A stretch of DNA of 59,106 bases, filler included. It is 4 parts of 4 records of this genome, joined end to end, with 100 filler letters (N's around TTAATTAATTAA, not from the genome) between each part and the next. Parts side by side here need not be neighbours in the genome. Positions count along the whole stretch, not along the records: positions 1 to 15,572 come from DRR378314_2208; 3 more parts are not named here. One strand, 5' to 3'. The notes under the pieces are model-generated. The model ran no database searches. It had not been told where the DNA came from and saw nothing but the letters and a program-made list of their open reading frames with translations. How positions within the stretch are numbered: position 1 is the first letter of the stretch; every line of letters starts with the position of its first letter. Position numbers and translations under genes: made by a program. Shown here one piece after another: positions 1 through 8,842 of this stretch.

Positions 1-81
1 GGCATAGGTCAGGTAGCCCTGTTCCTTGCCCAGCGCGATCAACTGCTTCAGCTGTGATTGCTGCTGTTTCTGAGTCGTCAT
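1..81 (-). CDS. rpoD: RNA polymerase sigma-70 factor, N-terminal 27 codons (runs off window start)
   Basis: Manual translation MTTQKQQQSQLKQLIALGKEQGYLTYA matches sigma-70 region 1.1; canonical position after dnaG. Confidence 0.93.
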   Translation of the reverse strand, partial: MTTQKQQQSQLKQLIALGKEQGYLTYA

Positions 82-145
82 GCGAAAAAGCCCGTGCAGA
101 TTGGAAGAGTGTCGAGGAAAACGAGATGTCGTTGGGAAACGGCGT

Positions 146-185
146 ATTATACTGGGATATGGGGTCCGGGGCCAGTTTGTACAAG
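146..185 (-). promoter_or_regulatory. Overlapping sigma-32 and sigma-70-type promoters for rpoD
   Basis: Minus strand CTTGTA (185-180), 15 bp spacer, CCCCATAT (164-157) fits the sigma-32 consensus CTTGAA-N13-15-CCCCATnT; perfect TATAAT at 151-146. Confidence 0.7.
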
Positions 186-215
186 GGGTGGCGCCAGAGC
201 CCGGCACGGGCGGCG

Positions 216-2162
216 TCAGTCGCTGATGGGCGCCTGACGGGCCCGGTTGCGGGCCTCGGCGAGTGCCTTGATCAGCTCCGAAAGCCGTGCCCCGTCCGGC
301 GTCGGGCGGCGCTGCTCCAGCTCAAGGGCCTGTTCCAGCGCCAGGGCGTTGAGGTGCTCCAGGGCGTCGTGCCAGTAGCGCCGCGCCGTGGCCGCGTCCA
401 TGGGCGGTTTGAGCGCCTCGCGCAGCAGCGCGGACACGGATTCCCCCTGTTCCAGTGCCATCACCGCCCCCAGCAGGGCGGGTGGCGAGCTGGCCTGGTC
501 GCGGGCGGTGCCCGCCACCTGGATCAGCAGGTCCAGCTGCGGGATGTCCAGCTCCTCCAGGCCTTCCGGCAGGGGGCGCTCCTCCAGCACTTCCGGGTGC
601 GACAGCAGCACCAGCACCAGCCGTTCCACCAGCCCCAGGCCGCCGGCGCTGCCTCGTTGCCGTTGCGGGCGCCTGGGCCGTGCCCGGGCGGCGCGGGCCA
701 CGGCGGCGTCGTCCCAGTCCGGGGGTGGTTCGCCGCCGGGGTCGCCTGCCGGATCGCCTGCCGGCTCGTAACCGTCGCCATAGCCGTAGTCGTCCGCTGG
801 CGGCGGGGCGCTCGGCTCCGCGGGCGCCGCCGGGCGGCCCCGTTGGGCGGGCAGGCTCTGGCGCAGCTTTTCCAGGGAGCTTTGCTCCAGGCGGGTAAGG
901 CGCGCCAGCTCTTCTTCCAGCAGGGCGCGGTAGACCGGCCCGGCCGGCTTGTCCAGGTAGGGCAGCGCCAGCCGCGCCAGCCGCGCCCGGCCGTCCACGG
1001 TGGCCAGGTCCAGCCCGTCGGAGAGGTGCCGGAACAGGTAGGTGGACAGGGCGTCGGCCTTGTCAGTGAGCGCTAACAACGCCTCCGGGCCCTGGGTGCG
1101 CACCAGGGTGTCCGGGTCTTCCCCTTCGTCCAGGAACAGGAAGCGGGCCTGCTTGCCGTCGTCCAGCACCGGCAGGATCGATTCCAGCGCCCGCCAGGCG
1201 GCGCGCCGGCCGGCTTCGTCGCCGTCGAAACAGAACACCACCTCGTTGACCTGGCGGAACAGCAGCTGGCCGTGGTCCTCGCTGGTGGCGGTGCCCAGGG
1301 TGGCCACCGCGTTGGGTACCCCGTGCTGGGCCAGGGCGATCACGTCCATGTAGCCCTCCACCACGTAGAGGCGGTCGCTGCGGTCGCGGCTTTGCCGCCA
1401 TTCCCACAGGCCGTAGAGCTCGCGGCCCTTGTGGAACACCGGGGTTTCCGGGCTGTTCAGATACTTGGGCTTGCCGTCGCCCAGCACCCGGCCGCCGAAG
1501 CCGATGGTGCGGCCCCGGTGGTCGCGGATCGGGAACTGGATACGGTCGCGGAACTTGTCGTAGGTGCGGCCGTTGTCTTCGCGGCGCACCAGCAGGCCTG
1601 CGGTGACCGCCTGGTCCAGGCCTTCCTTGTCCAGGGACAGGCCGTTGATCAGGTTGTCGAAGCCCGGCGGCGCGAAGCCCAGGCCGTAGCGGGCGGCGAT
1701 CTCCCCGGTGAGGCCGCGGCCCTTGAGGTAATTCACTGCTTTCTGCTTTTCCGGGGCGCTTTTCAGCTGCTGCCGGTAGAAGCGTTCGGCGCGGGCGAGC
1801 AGGTCGTAAAGGGTCTGCAGACGGTCCCGCTTGGCCTTGTCCTTGCGCGCGTCGTGGCCTTCCTCGCGGGGCACTTCCAGGCCGGCGCGGATCGCCAGCT
1901 GCTCCACCGCCTCGGGGAAGTTGAGGTGGTCGTATTCCATCAAAAAGCCCACCGCGTTGCCGGAGGCGCCGCAGCCGAAGCAGTAGTAGAACTGCTTGTC
2001 CGGGGCGACCGTGAACGAGGGGGTCTTTTCCTGGTGGAACGGGCAGCAGGCGGCGTAGTTGCGGCCGGTCTTCTTCAGCGGCACACGGCTGTCTATGAGC
2101 GCCACGATATCGCTGCGCGCGAGAAGATCCTGAATGAAGTGTTCGGGAATGCGACCGGCCAT
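216..2162 (-). CDS. dnaG: DNA primase
   Basis: CPFH..EKTPSF..CFGC zinc finger, KYLNSPET, Toprim VEGYMDV and FDGDEAG. Confidence 0.98.
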   Translation of the reverse strand: MAGRIPEHFIQDLLARSDIVALIDSRVPLKKTGRNYAACCPFHQEKTPSFTVAPDKQFYYCFGCGASGNAVGFLMEYDHLNFPEAVEQLAIRAGLEVPREEGHDARKDKAKRDRLQTLYDLLARAERFYRQQLKSAPEKQKAVNYLKGRGLTGEIAARYGLGFAPPGFDNLINGLSLDKEGLDQAVTAGLLVRREDNGRTYDKFRDRIQFPIRDHRGRTIGFGGRVLGDGKPKYLNSPETPVFHKGRELYGLWEWRQSRDRSDRLYVVEGYMDVIALAQHGVPNAVATLGTATSEDHGQLLFRQVNEVVFCFDGDEAGRRAAWRALESILPVLDDGKQARFLFLDEGEDPDTLVRTQGPEALLALTDKADALSTYLFRHLSDGLDLATVDGRARLARLALPYLDKPAGPVYRALLEEELARLTRLEQSSLEKLRQSLPAQRGRPAAPAEPSAPPPADDYGYGDGYEPAGDPAGDPGGEPPPDWDDAAVARAARARPRRPQRQRGSAGGLGLVERLVLVLLSHPEVLEERPLPEGLEELDIPQLDLLIQVAGTARDQASSPPALLGAVMALEQGESVSALLREALKPPMDAATARRYWHDALEHLNALALEQALELEQRRPTPDGARLSELIKALAEARNRARQAPISD

Positions 2163-2216
2163 GGGGGGATATTCCTCGCGGCGGGGCCGCGAATCAAGAT
2201 CGGGCGGACGGCCCGA

Positions 2217-2666
2217 TCAGGCCGTCAGGCGTTTCTTCACCTTGCCGCTGGCGGCGCCGATGTCGGCACGGCCCTGCAGCTGCGGCTTGAGCACGCCCAT
2301 GACCTTGCCCATATCCTGCATGCCGGAGGCGCCGGTGCGGGCGATGGCGTCGTCGATCAGGGCGTCGACCTCCGCCTCGCTGAGCGGCGCGGGCAGGAAG
2401 GTCTGCAGCACCTGGATTTCCGCCTCCTCGATGTCGGCGAGGTCGTCCCGGCCGGCGTCGCGGTACTGGGTGGCGGAATCCTTGCGCTGTTTGATCAGCT
2501 TGTCGAGCACCGCCAGGCTGCGCTCATCATCCAGCTCGATGCGTTCATCCACTTCGATCTGTTTGATGGCGGACAGGGCCATACGCACAACGCCCAGGCG
2601 CGCCTTGTCCTTGGCGCGCATGGCGTCTTTCATGGCCGTGGTGAGCTGTTCTTTAAGAGCGCTCAT
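2217..2666 (-). CDS. yqeY: GatB/YqeY domain protein
   Basis: MKDAMRAKDK..IKQIEVDER..KQRKDS..DMGKVMG motifs; usual position between rpsU and dnaG. Confidence 0.93.
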   Translation of the reverse strand: MSALKEQLTTAMKDAMRAKDKARLGVVRMALSAIKQIEVDERIELDDERSLAVLDKLIKQRKDSATQYRDAGRDDLADIEEAEIQVLQTFLPAPLSEAEVDALIDDAIARTGASGMQDMGKVMGVLKPQLQGRADIGAASGKVKKRLTA

Positions 2667-2722
2667 GGCGATTCCTGACTGTGCGGCCCGTGTTAGCGGG
2701 CGGTCTCTACGGCCGGAGCGGC

Positions 2723-2938
2723 TTAGTAGAGACGCTTACGGGCGAGTTGCTCGCGCTGGAGCTTCTTCAGGTGACGCTTTACAGCGGCGGCACGCTTGCG
2801 CTTACGCTCCTGGGTGGGCTTCTCGTAGTTCTCGCGACGACGGACTTCGGAGAGCACACCGGCTTTCTCGCAGGAACGCTTGAAACGACGCAGGGCCACG
2901 TCGAAGGGTTCGCCTTCTTTCACTTTCACCTGAGGCAT
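2723..2938 (-). CDS. rpsU: 30S ribosomal protein S21
   Basis: [29 protein letters not shown]. Confidence 0.99.
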   Translation of the reverse strand: MPQVKVKEGEPFDVALRRFKRSCEKAGVLSEVRRRENYEKPTQERKRKRAAAVKRHLKKLQREQLARKRLY

Positions 2939-3016
2939 GAAGTATCACCTACCTTGAAATTGGATTAATGAGTGCGCTGAGGGGCTCAGGTGGAGGGCCC
3001 GGACAGCAGGGCGCGA

Positions 3017-3044
3017 ATTCTACCTGAGCTCGGAGGAAATGCAA
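3017..3044 (-). promoter_or_regulatory. sigma-70 promoter of the rpsU-yqeY-dnaG-rpoD operon
   Basis: TTGCAT-16 bp-TAGAAT followed by a GC-rich discriminator TCGCGCC. Confidence 0.65.
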
Positions 3045-3092
3045 AGAGGCGGGCTTGGCGGTATCATGCGCCTCCTTATTCAGGGAGTCTCC

Positions 3093-4118
3093 ATGCGCGT
3101 ATTGGGCATCGAATCCAGCTGTGACGAGACCGGCGTGGCCATCTTCGACACCGAACAGGGCCTGCTCGGCCAGGCGCTGTACAGCCAGATCGACATGCAT
3201 GCCGCCTATGGCGGCGTGGTGCCGGAGCTGGCCAGCCGCGACCATGTGCGCCGGCTGCTGCCGCTGGTGCGCCAGGTGATGAGCGAGGCCGGCACTACCC
3301 CGGAGCAGCTCGACGGCGTGGCGTTCACCGCCGGCCCGGGGCTGGCCGGGGCGCTGCTGGTGGGCGCCGGCGTCGGCCGCAGCCTGGCCTACGGTTGGGG
3401 CCTGCCGGCGGTGCCGGTGCACCATATGGAGGGGCATTTGCTGGCGCCGATGCTGGAAGCGGACGGCCCGGACTTCCCGTTCGTGGCGCTGCTGGTGAGC
3501 GGCGGCCATTCGCTGCTGCTGGAGGCGCGCGCCCTGGGCGACTACGCACCGCTGGGCGAGTCCGTGGACGACGCCGCCGGCGAAGCCTTTGACAAGGTGG
3601 CGAAAATGATGGGCCTGGGCTACCCCGGCGGCCCGCGCCTGGCGAAGCTGGCCGAGAGCGGCACGGCCGGGCGGTTCCGCTTCCCCCGGCCGATGACCGA
3701 CCGGCCCGGCCTGGACATGAGCTTTTCCGGGCTCAAGACCTTCACCCTGAACACCATCAACGACCTGGGCGGCGTCGCCGCGCTGAGCGAACAGGACCGC
3801 TGTGACATCGCCCTGGCGTTCCAGGAGGCGGCGGTGGACACCCTGGTGATCAAGTGCCGCCGCGCCATGGAGCAGACCGGCGCCAAACGGCTGGTGGTGG
3901 CCGGCGGCGTCAGCGCCAACGTGATGCTGCGCGAGCGGTTGGACGCGGCCATGGCCAAGAAGGGCGTGCGGGTGTTCTATCCGGGGCTGGCCTACTGCAC
4001 CGACAACGGCGCCATGATCGCCTACGCCGGCGCGTTGCGGCTGGCCGGCGGCGAACGCAGCGGCCTGCCGATCGCGGTGCGGCCGCGCTGGCCGCTGTCG
4101 GAGCTGGCCAGCCTTTAG
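3093..4118 (+). CDS. tsaD: tRNA t6A37 threonylcarbamoyltransferase
   Basis: [40 protein letters not shown]; start moved to ATG 3093 after CAGGGAG. Confidence 0.97.
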   Translation: MRVLGIESSCDETGVAIFDTEQGLLGQALYSQIDMHAAYGGVVPELASRDHVRRLLPLVRQVMSEAGTTPEQLDGVAFTAGPGLAGALLVGAGVGRSLAYGWGLPAVPVHHMEGHLLAPMLEADGPDFPFVALLVSGGHSLLLEARALGDYAPLGESVDDAAGEAFDKVAKMMGLGYPGGPRLAKLAESGTAGRFRFPRPMTDRPGLDMSFSGLKTFTLNTINDLGGVAALSEQDRCDIALAFQEAAVDTLVIKCRRAMEQTGAKRLVVAGGVSANVMLRERLDAAMAKKGVRVFYPGLAYCTDNGAMIAYAGALRLAGGERSGLPIAVRPRWPLSELASL

Positions 4119-4137
4119 CGGCAAGCCCTGCTTGCCT

Positions 4138-4161
4138 TTCGCGGGCAGGGCCCGCTTCCAC
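4138..4161 (-). repeat. REP-like palindrome, copy 1
   Basis: Minus strand GTGGAAGCGGGCCCTGCCCGCGAA between convergent tsaD and plsY; similar to 9826-9850. Confidence 0.5.
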
Positions 4162-4182
4162 AAGGCCTCTGCGGTTTGCAGC

Positions 4183-4797
4183 TCAGCGCTTGCCGCGGAA
4201 CCCCAGCTCTTCGCCGCTGAGCAGCTTGGCCAGGTTGGCCCGGTGGCGGATCACCATGATCAGGGTGAGGGCCGCCATCGGCCAGAAGGCGGTGGGCAGC
4301 CAGAACCACAGGCTGATCGGCGCGGCGACAAAGGCCAGCAGCGACGCCACCGAGGAGATCCGCGTCACCCCGAACACCAGCAGCCAGACCGCCCCCGCCA
4401 CCAGGCCGCTGGGCCAGTGCAGCGGAAACAGCAGACCGAAGGCGGTGGCCACGCCCTTGCCGCCCCGGAACTGGAAAAACACCGGAAACAGGTGGCCGAG
4501 GAAGGCGCAGAAGCCGACCAGCGCCGCCGCCGTGGCGGACAGCCCCAGGCCGTAAGCCACCAGCACCGGCACGGTGCCCTTGAGCACGTCGCCGAGCAGG
4601 GTCAGGGCGGCGGCGGGTTTGCCGCCGATGCGCAGCACATTGGTGGCGCCGGGGTTGCTGGAACCCTGGGTGCGCGGGTCCGGATAGCCGAACAGTCGGC
4701 ACACCAGAATGGCGCTGGAGATCGAGCCCAGCAGGTAAGCGGCCGCGCACAAAGGCAGCAACCAGCCCCAGCTTTCCTGTAATGCTATGGTGTCCAC
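4183..4797 (-). CDS. plsY: Glycerol-3-phosphate acyltransferase
   Basis: YLLGSI, GSSNPGATNVLR, D.LKG, FRGGKGVAT, RHRAN. Confidence 0.97.
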   Translation of the reverse strand: MDTIALQESWGWLLPLCAAAYLLGSISSAILVCRLFGYPDPRTQGSSNPGATNVLRIGGKPAAALTLLGDVLKGTVPVLVAYGLGLSATAAALVGFCAFLGHLFPVFFQFRGGKGVATAFGLLFPLHWPSGLVAGAVWLLVFGVTRISSVASLLAFVAAPISLWFWLPTAFWPMAALTLIMVIRHRANLAKLLSGEELGFRGKR

Positions 4798-4854
4798 CGG
4801 CTATAATCCTGTTTTTTCAAAGTCTCGAAACCCCGGGCATTATCAAGGACCAAC

Positions 4855-5211
4855 ATGGATATCGTCTATATCAGTGATCTGAAGGTGGACACGGTAATCG
4901 GCATTTTCGATTGGGAGCGCCGTATCCGCCAGACCGTAAGCCTGGACCTGGAAATGGCCACCGACATACGCAAGGCCGCCGCCAGCGATCACATTGACGA
5001 CGCTCTGGACTACAAGAGTATCGGCAAGCGGGTGATTCAGTTCATCGAAGACAGCGACTTCCAATTGGTGGAAACCCTGGCCGAGCGGGTCGCCGACGTG
5101 GTCCGCGAGGAGTTCGGGGTGGCCTGGCTGAAGCTGCGCCTCAGCAAGCCCGGCGCCCTGCGCGGGTCGCGGGATGTGGGCGTTATCATTGAGCGGGGGG
5201 AGCGCACCTGA
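4855..5211 (+). CDS. folB: Dihydroneopterin aldolase
   Basis: IGIFDWER..Q, LDY, LVETLAE, KPGAL..DVGVIIERG. Confidence 0.96.
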   Translation: MDIVYISDLKVDTVIGIFDWERRIRQTVSLDLEMATDIRKAAASDHIDDALDYKSIGKRVIQFIEDSDFQLVETLAERVADVVREEFGVAWLKLRLSKPGALRGSRDVGVIIERGERT

Positions 5212-5702
5212 TGACCACGGTATTTCTCAGCCTCGGCTCCAACATCGACCGGCAGCACAATATCGGCTCGGGGCTGGACGACCTGGCCGCCGCCTTCGGC
5301 GAGCTGCGTCTGAGCCCGGTCTATGAAAGCGAGGCGGTGGGCTTCAAGGGCAGCCCGTTCTTCAATCTGGTGGTGGCGCTGGAAACCGACCTGCCGGTGG
5401 CGGAACTGGCGGACCGGCTGCGTGACATCGAGCGCGCCCACGGCCGGGTGCGTGGCGAGAAGAAATTCGCCAGCCGTACCCTGGATATCGACATTCTCAC
5501 CTACGGGGAGCTCACCGGCGAGTTCGACGGCGTCAGCCTGCCCCGCGATGAAATCCTCAAACACGCTTTCGTGCTGCGGCCGCTGGCCGATCTGGCGCCG
5601 GACGCGATGCATCCCCAGCTTGGCCGTACCTACGCGGCCCTGTTCAACGAATACCGTTTTCCGGAGCAGCGCCTCTGGCAGGTCCCGTTCGTCTGGCCCT
5701 GA
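5211..5702 (+). CDS. folK: HPPK (2-amino-4-hydroxy-6-hydroxymethyldihydropteridine diphosphokinase)
   Basis: LSLGSNI, SRTLDIDIL, AFVLRPL; TGATG coupling to folB. Confidence 0.95.
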   Translation: MTTVFLSLGSNIDRQHNIGSGLDDLAAAFGELRLSPVYESEAVGFKGSPFFNLVVALETDLPVAELADRLRDIERAHGRVRGEKKFASRTLDIDILTYGELTGEFDGVSLPRDEILKHAFVLRPLADLAPDAMHPQLGRTYAALFNEYRFPEQRLWQVPFVWP

Positions 5703-5708
5703 AGTGGC

Positions 5709-6446
5709 TCAGCCGCCGGGGAAGGAGAGCGAGCGGCCGCCGTCCACCGCCAGAATCTGGCCGGTGATGTAGGGCGCTTCCAGGGCCAGCCAGGCCACGG
5801 TGGCGGCGATGTCGTCGGGATCGCCGGCGCGGCCCAGGGCGGTGGCGTCGAGGATGTCCTGCTGGTTTTCCTGGCCCTGCTCGGGCCACAGGATGGCGCC
5901 CGGCGACACGCCGTTAACGCGCACCGCCGGCCCCAATTCGCGGGCCAGGCTCTTGGTCATCATCGCCAGCCCGGCTTTCGCCATGCAGTAGAGCGGGTGT
6001 CCGGCGAGCGGCTTCTCCGCGTAGACGTCGACGATGTTAACGATCGCCCCGCCGGCCGCCTCCAGGTCACCGGCCAGTTGCTGGCTTAGCAGGAAGGGGG
6101 CGCGCAGGTTGCTGTGCATCAGCGTGTCCCAGTCGTCGTCGGACGCCTGGCCGAGCGGCGTGGGGTAGAAGCTGGAGGCGTTGTTGATCAGTACGTCGAG
6201 ACCGCCGAAGGCGTCCCGGGCGCGCACCGCCAGATCGCGCACCGCCACCGGGTCGCGCAGGTCGGCGGCCAGGCACGCGGCGCTGGCCGGCCGCTCGCGG
6301 TTGAAAGCGTCCACCAGCTGGCGGGCCTCCTGTTCGCTCCGGTGGTAGTGAATCACCACCCGGCAGCCTTTCCGGTGCAGGGTTTCCGCGATGCGGGCGC
6401 CGATGCGCCGGGCGCTGCCTGTGATCAGAGCGATGGGGGCTGCCAT
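5709..6446 (-). CDS. folM: Pteridine reductase / dihydromonapterin reductase (SDR)
   Basis: ITGSARRIG, NNASSF, YCMAK, RVNGVSPG, VDGGRS; next to folate genes. Confidence 0.85.
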   Translation of the reverse strand: MAAPIALITGSARRIGARIAETLHRKGCRVVIHYHRSEQEARQLVDAFNRERPASAACLAADLRDPVAVRDLAVRARDAFGGLDVLINNASSFYPTPLGQASDDDWDTLMHSNLRAPFLLSQQLAGDLEAAGGAIVNIVDVYAEKPLAGHPLYCMAKAGLAMMTKSLARELGPAVRVNGVSPGAILWPEQGQENQQDILDATALGRAGDPDDIAATVAWLALEAPYITGQILAVDGGRSLSFPGG

Positions 6447-7675
6447 TTTTCCAGGAACTCCTTTTTGTATTCCTTGATGCGTTTAATGCGTTTGTCGTCC
6501 AGCGCGCGGCCCAGGGCCGGACCGGTGAGGCCCGCTTCCCGCAGGCCGGCCACGTCCACGTCGCGCACCGCTTCACTGAGGCCCAGCAAAAACGCGCCCT
6601 GAACGTAGGGCGTTTTGTAGTCCGCCGAGCACACCCGGGCGTCCGCCTCGCAGGCGTCGACCAGAAACTTCAGCCGCCGGGGGCGGCGCAGCACGTCCAG
6701 GTTGTGCAGCAGCTCCCAGACCTCCGGCGGGCGCAGTTTCAGTACCCGCTGCACCCGCGATTGCCAGCGCGCCATGGTCATGGCGGCGTCGGTCATTTCC
6801 TTGGGCACGCGCAGCCGCTGCGACATGGTCTTGGCCACGTGCATGCCGCGTCGTTCATGGCCGCGATGTTCCGGCCAGCCGTCCGGCGGCGTCTCCGCTT
6901 TGCCAAAATCGTGGCAGAGCAGGGCGTAGCGTGACGTCAACGGCAGTTTCAGACGCGCCGCCTGGGCCAGACAGCGCCACTGATGGCTGAGCACATCCAG
7001 GGCCGGCTGGTGGTCCGGCGATTGCGGAATGCCGTCCAGGTTGGCCACCTCGGGAAACAGTTCGGCGAGCGCGCCGCATTCGTGCAGCACCTGAAAAAAG
7101 ACCTGAGGGGAGCGTTCCATCAGGGCGCGGCTGGTCTCTTTCCAGACCCGCTCGGCGGCCAGGTGCGTCATCTCGCCGCTCATCACGATGTCGCCCATCA
7201 GTTCCAGGGTGGTGTCCGCCACCCGGAAACCCATCCAGTGGTAGCGGGCGGCGAAGCGCGCCACGCGCAGCACGCGCAGCGGATCCTCGGCGAAGGCCGG
7301 CGACACATGGCGCAGAATACGCGCCTTTAAATCCCGCTTGCCGTTAAAAGGATCGATGATCTCGCCGCCCGGGGTTCTGGCCATGGCGTTGATGGTGAGG
7401 TCGCGCCGGATCAGATCGTCTTCCAGCGTTACATCGGTGTCGGTATGGAACACAAAGCCGCCGTAACCGTGGCCGCTTTTGCGCTCGGTGCGGGCGAGGG
7501 CATACTCCTCGCGGGTGTCCGGGTGCAAAAACACGGGGAAATCGTTGCCCACCGGTTTGAAACCCTGGTCCACCAGTTGTTGCGGCGTGGCGCCGACCAC
7601 TACCCAGTCTCTTTCCTTGACCGGCAGCCCGAGCAGTTGATCGCGCACGGCACCGCCTACCAGATAAATGTCCAT
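6425..7675 (-). CDS. cca: Multifunctional CCA-adding enzyme with HD domain
   Basis: YLVGGAVRD, ERDWVV, RRDLTINA, EDPLRVLRVARF, CHDFGK, CEADAR. Confidence 0.96.
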   Translation of the reverse strand: MDIYLVGGAVRDQLLGLPVKERDWVVVGATPQQLVDQGFKPVGNDFPVFLHPDTREEYALARTERKSGHGYGGFVFHTDTDVTLEDDLIRRDLTINAMARTPGGEIIDPFNGKRDLKARILRHVSPAFAEDPLRVLRVARFAARYHWMGFRVADTTLELMGDIVMSGEMTHLAAERVWKETSRALMERSPQVFFQVLHECGALAELFPEVANLDGIPQSPDHQPALDVLSHQWRCLAQAARLKLPLTSRYALLCHDFGKAETPPDGWPEHRGHERRGMHVAKTMSQRLRVPKEMTDAAMTMARWQSRVQRVLKLRPPEVWELLHNLDVLRRPRRLKFLVDACEADARVCSADYKTPYVQGAFLLGLSEAVRDVDVAGLREAGLTGPALGRALDDKRIKRIKEYKKEFLEKWQPPSL

Positions 7676-7718
7676 GTTGTTGTTACCAACCCTTTAACGC
7701 AAAATAGTGACACCGAGG

Positions 7719-7748
7719 CCGCGGCGCTGTTAAGCCCGCGGTTTTTTT
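7719..7748 (+). terminator. Intrinsic terminator-like hairpin upstream of the EamA gene (possible attenuator)
   Basis: CCGCGG-C-GC/TGTTAA/GC-CCGCGG followed by T7; points toward the EamA gene with no + strand gene upstream. Confidence 0.7.
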
Positions 7749-7763
7749 GTTTTTGGAACCTTG

Positions 7764-7844
7764 ATCCGTGTCGGCGGGCTCCTTAGTGAACGCATTTTCA
7801 CTGCCGCGTCCCCGAGGTACAAGTTTTACGAGCGGATAAACACC
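7764..7844 (+). promoter_or_regulatory. Putative structured 5' leader RNA
   Basis: Nested pairings ATCCG/CGGAT, TCGG/CCGA, GCGG/CCGC, AGTGAA/TTCACT; the outer helix covers the RBS region. Confidence 0.45.
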
Positions 7845-8780
7845 ATGAATACCCTGGTCGCCTATTTGATCGTGATCGCCGTTTGGGCGACCACGCCTCT
7901 GGGCATCAAATGGAGTGGCGAGGCGCTGCCGGCGTTCGCCGCCGCCGGTTCGCGGATGGCCATCGCCGCCGCGCTGGGGTTGCTGTGGCTGGCGGCGCGG
8001 CGTCAGGGGCTGCCCCTGCACCGCCGCGCGCTGTCCAGCTACGCGGCGGCACTGCCGGGGATTTTCGGCGCCATGGGCTGCAGCTACATGGCGGCGCGGG
8101 ACTTGCCGTCGGGCCTGATCTCGGTGGTGTTCGGGCTGGCGCCGTTGATCTCCGGATTGATGATGCAGTGGCTGCCCGGCGGCACCCGGCTCAACGGTTG
8201 GCACTGGCTGGCCTGCCTGCTGGGGCTGGCCGGCCTGGCGCTGGTATTCGGCGACAGCTTCGCGCTGCTGTTCCAGGACGGCGCCGCGCTGGTCGGCGAC
8301 GAGGCGCGGCGCGGGCGCGGGCTGCTGTGGATTCTCAGCGCGGTGACCCTGTTCGCCGCCTCCGGCATCGTGGTGCAGCGGGTCGGCGCCGGGCTGGCGC
8401 CGATGCAGCAGACCGTGGGTGGCCTGCTGTTTTCCCTGCCGCTGTACGCCCTGGCCATGTGGCTGAGCGGCCAGGGGTTCGACTACAGCGGCGACCAGCG
8501 CGGCCTGGGCGCGATCGTCTATCTGGCGGTGTTCGGTTCCCTGCTGGGCTTCTACTGCTACTTCCAGGTGCTGGCGCGGCTGCCCGCCGCCACGGTGGCG
8601 CTGGTCACCCTGATCACGCCGGTGCTGGCGCTGATGCTGGGCGCCGCCCTCAACGATGAACTGCTGGGCGCACGGGTGCTGGCCGGCGCCGCCGTGATCG
8701 TGTCGGCCCTGGGTCTGTACCTGCTCGGCGACCGGCGGGTGCGGCGCGGTGTCGTTTCCACCGCCGCCGGCGACGGATAA
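7845..8780 (+). CDS. DMT/EamA family exporter
   Basis: IAVWATTPLGIKWS, LPSGLISVVFGLAP, YLAVFGSLLGFYCYF, TLITPVLAL; about 10 TM segments; start set at ATG 7845. Confidence 0.9.
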   Translation: MNTLVAYLIVIAVWATTPLGIKWSGEALPAFAAAGSRMAIAAALGLLWLAARRQGLPLHRRALSSYAAALPGIFGAMGCSYMAARDLPSGLISVVFGLAPLISGLMMQWLPGGTRLNGWHWLACLLGLAGLALVFGDSFALLFQDGAALVGDEARRGRGLLWILSAVTLFAASGIVVQRVGAGLAPMQQTVGGLLFSLPLYALAMWLSGQGFDYSGDQRGLGAIVYLAVFGSLLGFYCYFQVLARLPAATVALVTLITPVLALMLGAALNDELLGARVLAGAAVIVSALGLYLLGDRRVRRGVVSTAAGDG

Positions 8781-8842
8781 GATCATTGCGCCCACGGCGG
8801 CCTCTGAGTAGGGTCACTGGGTCACGACGGGAGAGTGAATCA

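Noticed and set aside
6600..7050. Degenerate HD domain in CCA
   Set aside because: The sequence is divergent, but the H..HD..D residues (SHQW, CHD, EAD) are retained
7674..7697. Leucine-specific attenuation from the TTG-TTG-TTA run
   Set aside because: The run is the reverse complement of the AACAACAAC/RBS region of cca and has no SD, so Leu sensing is unsupported; kept only as part of the broader attenuator hypothesis
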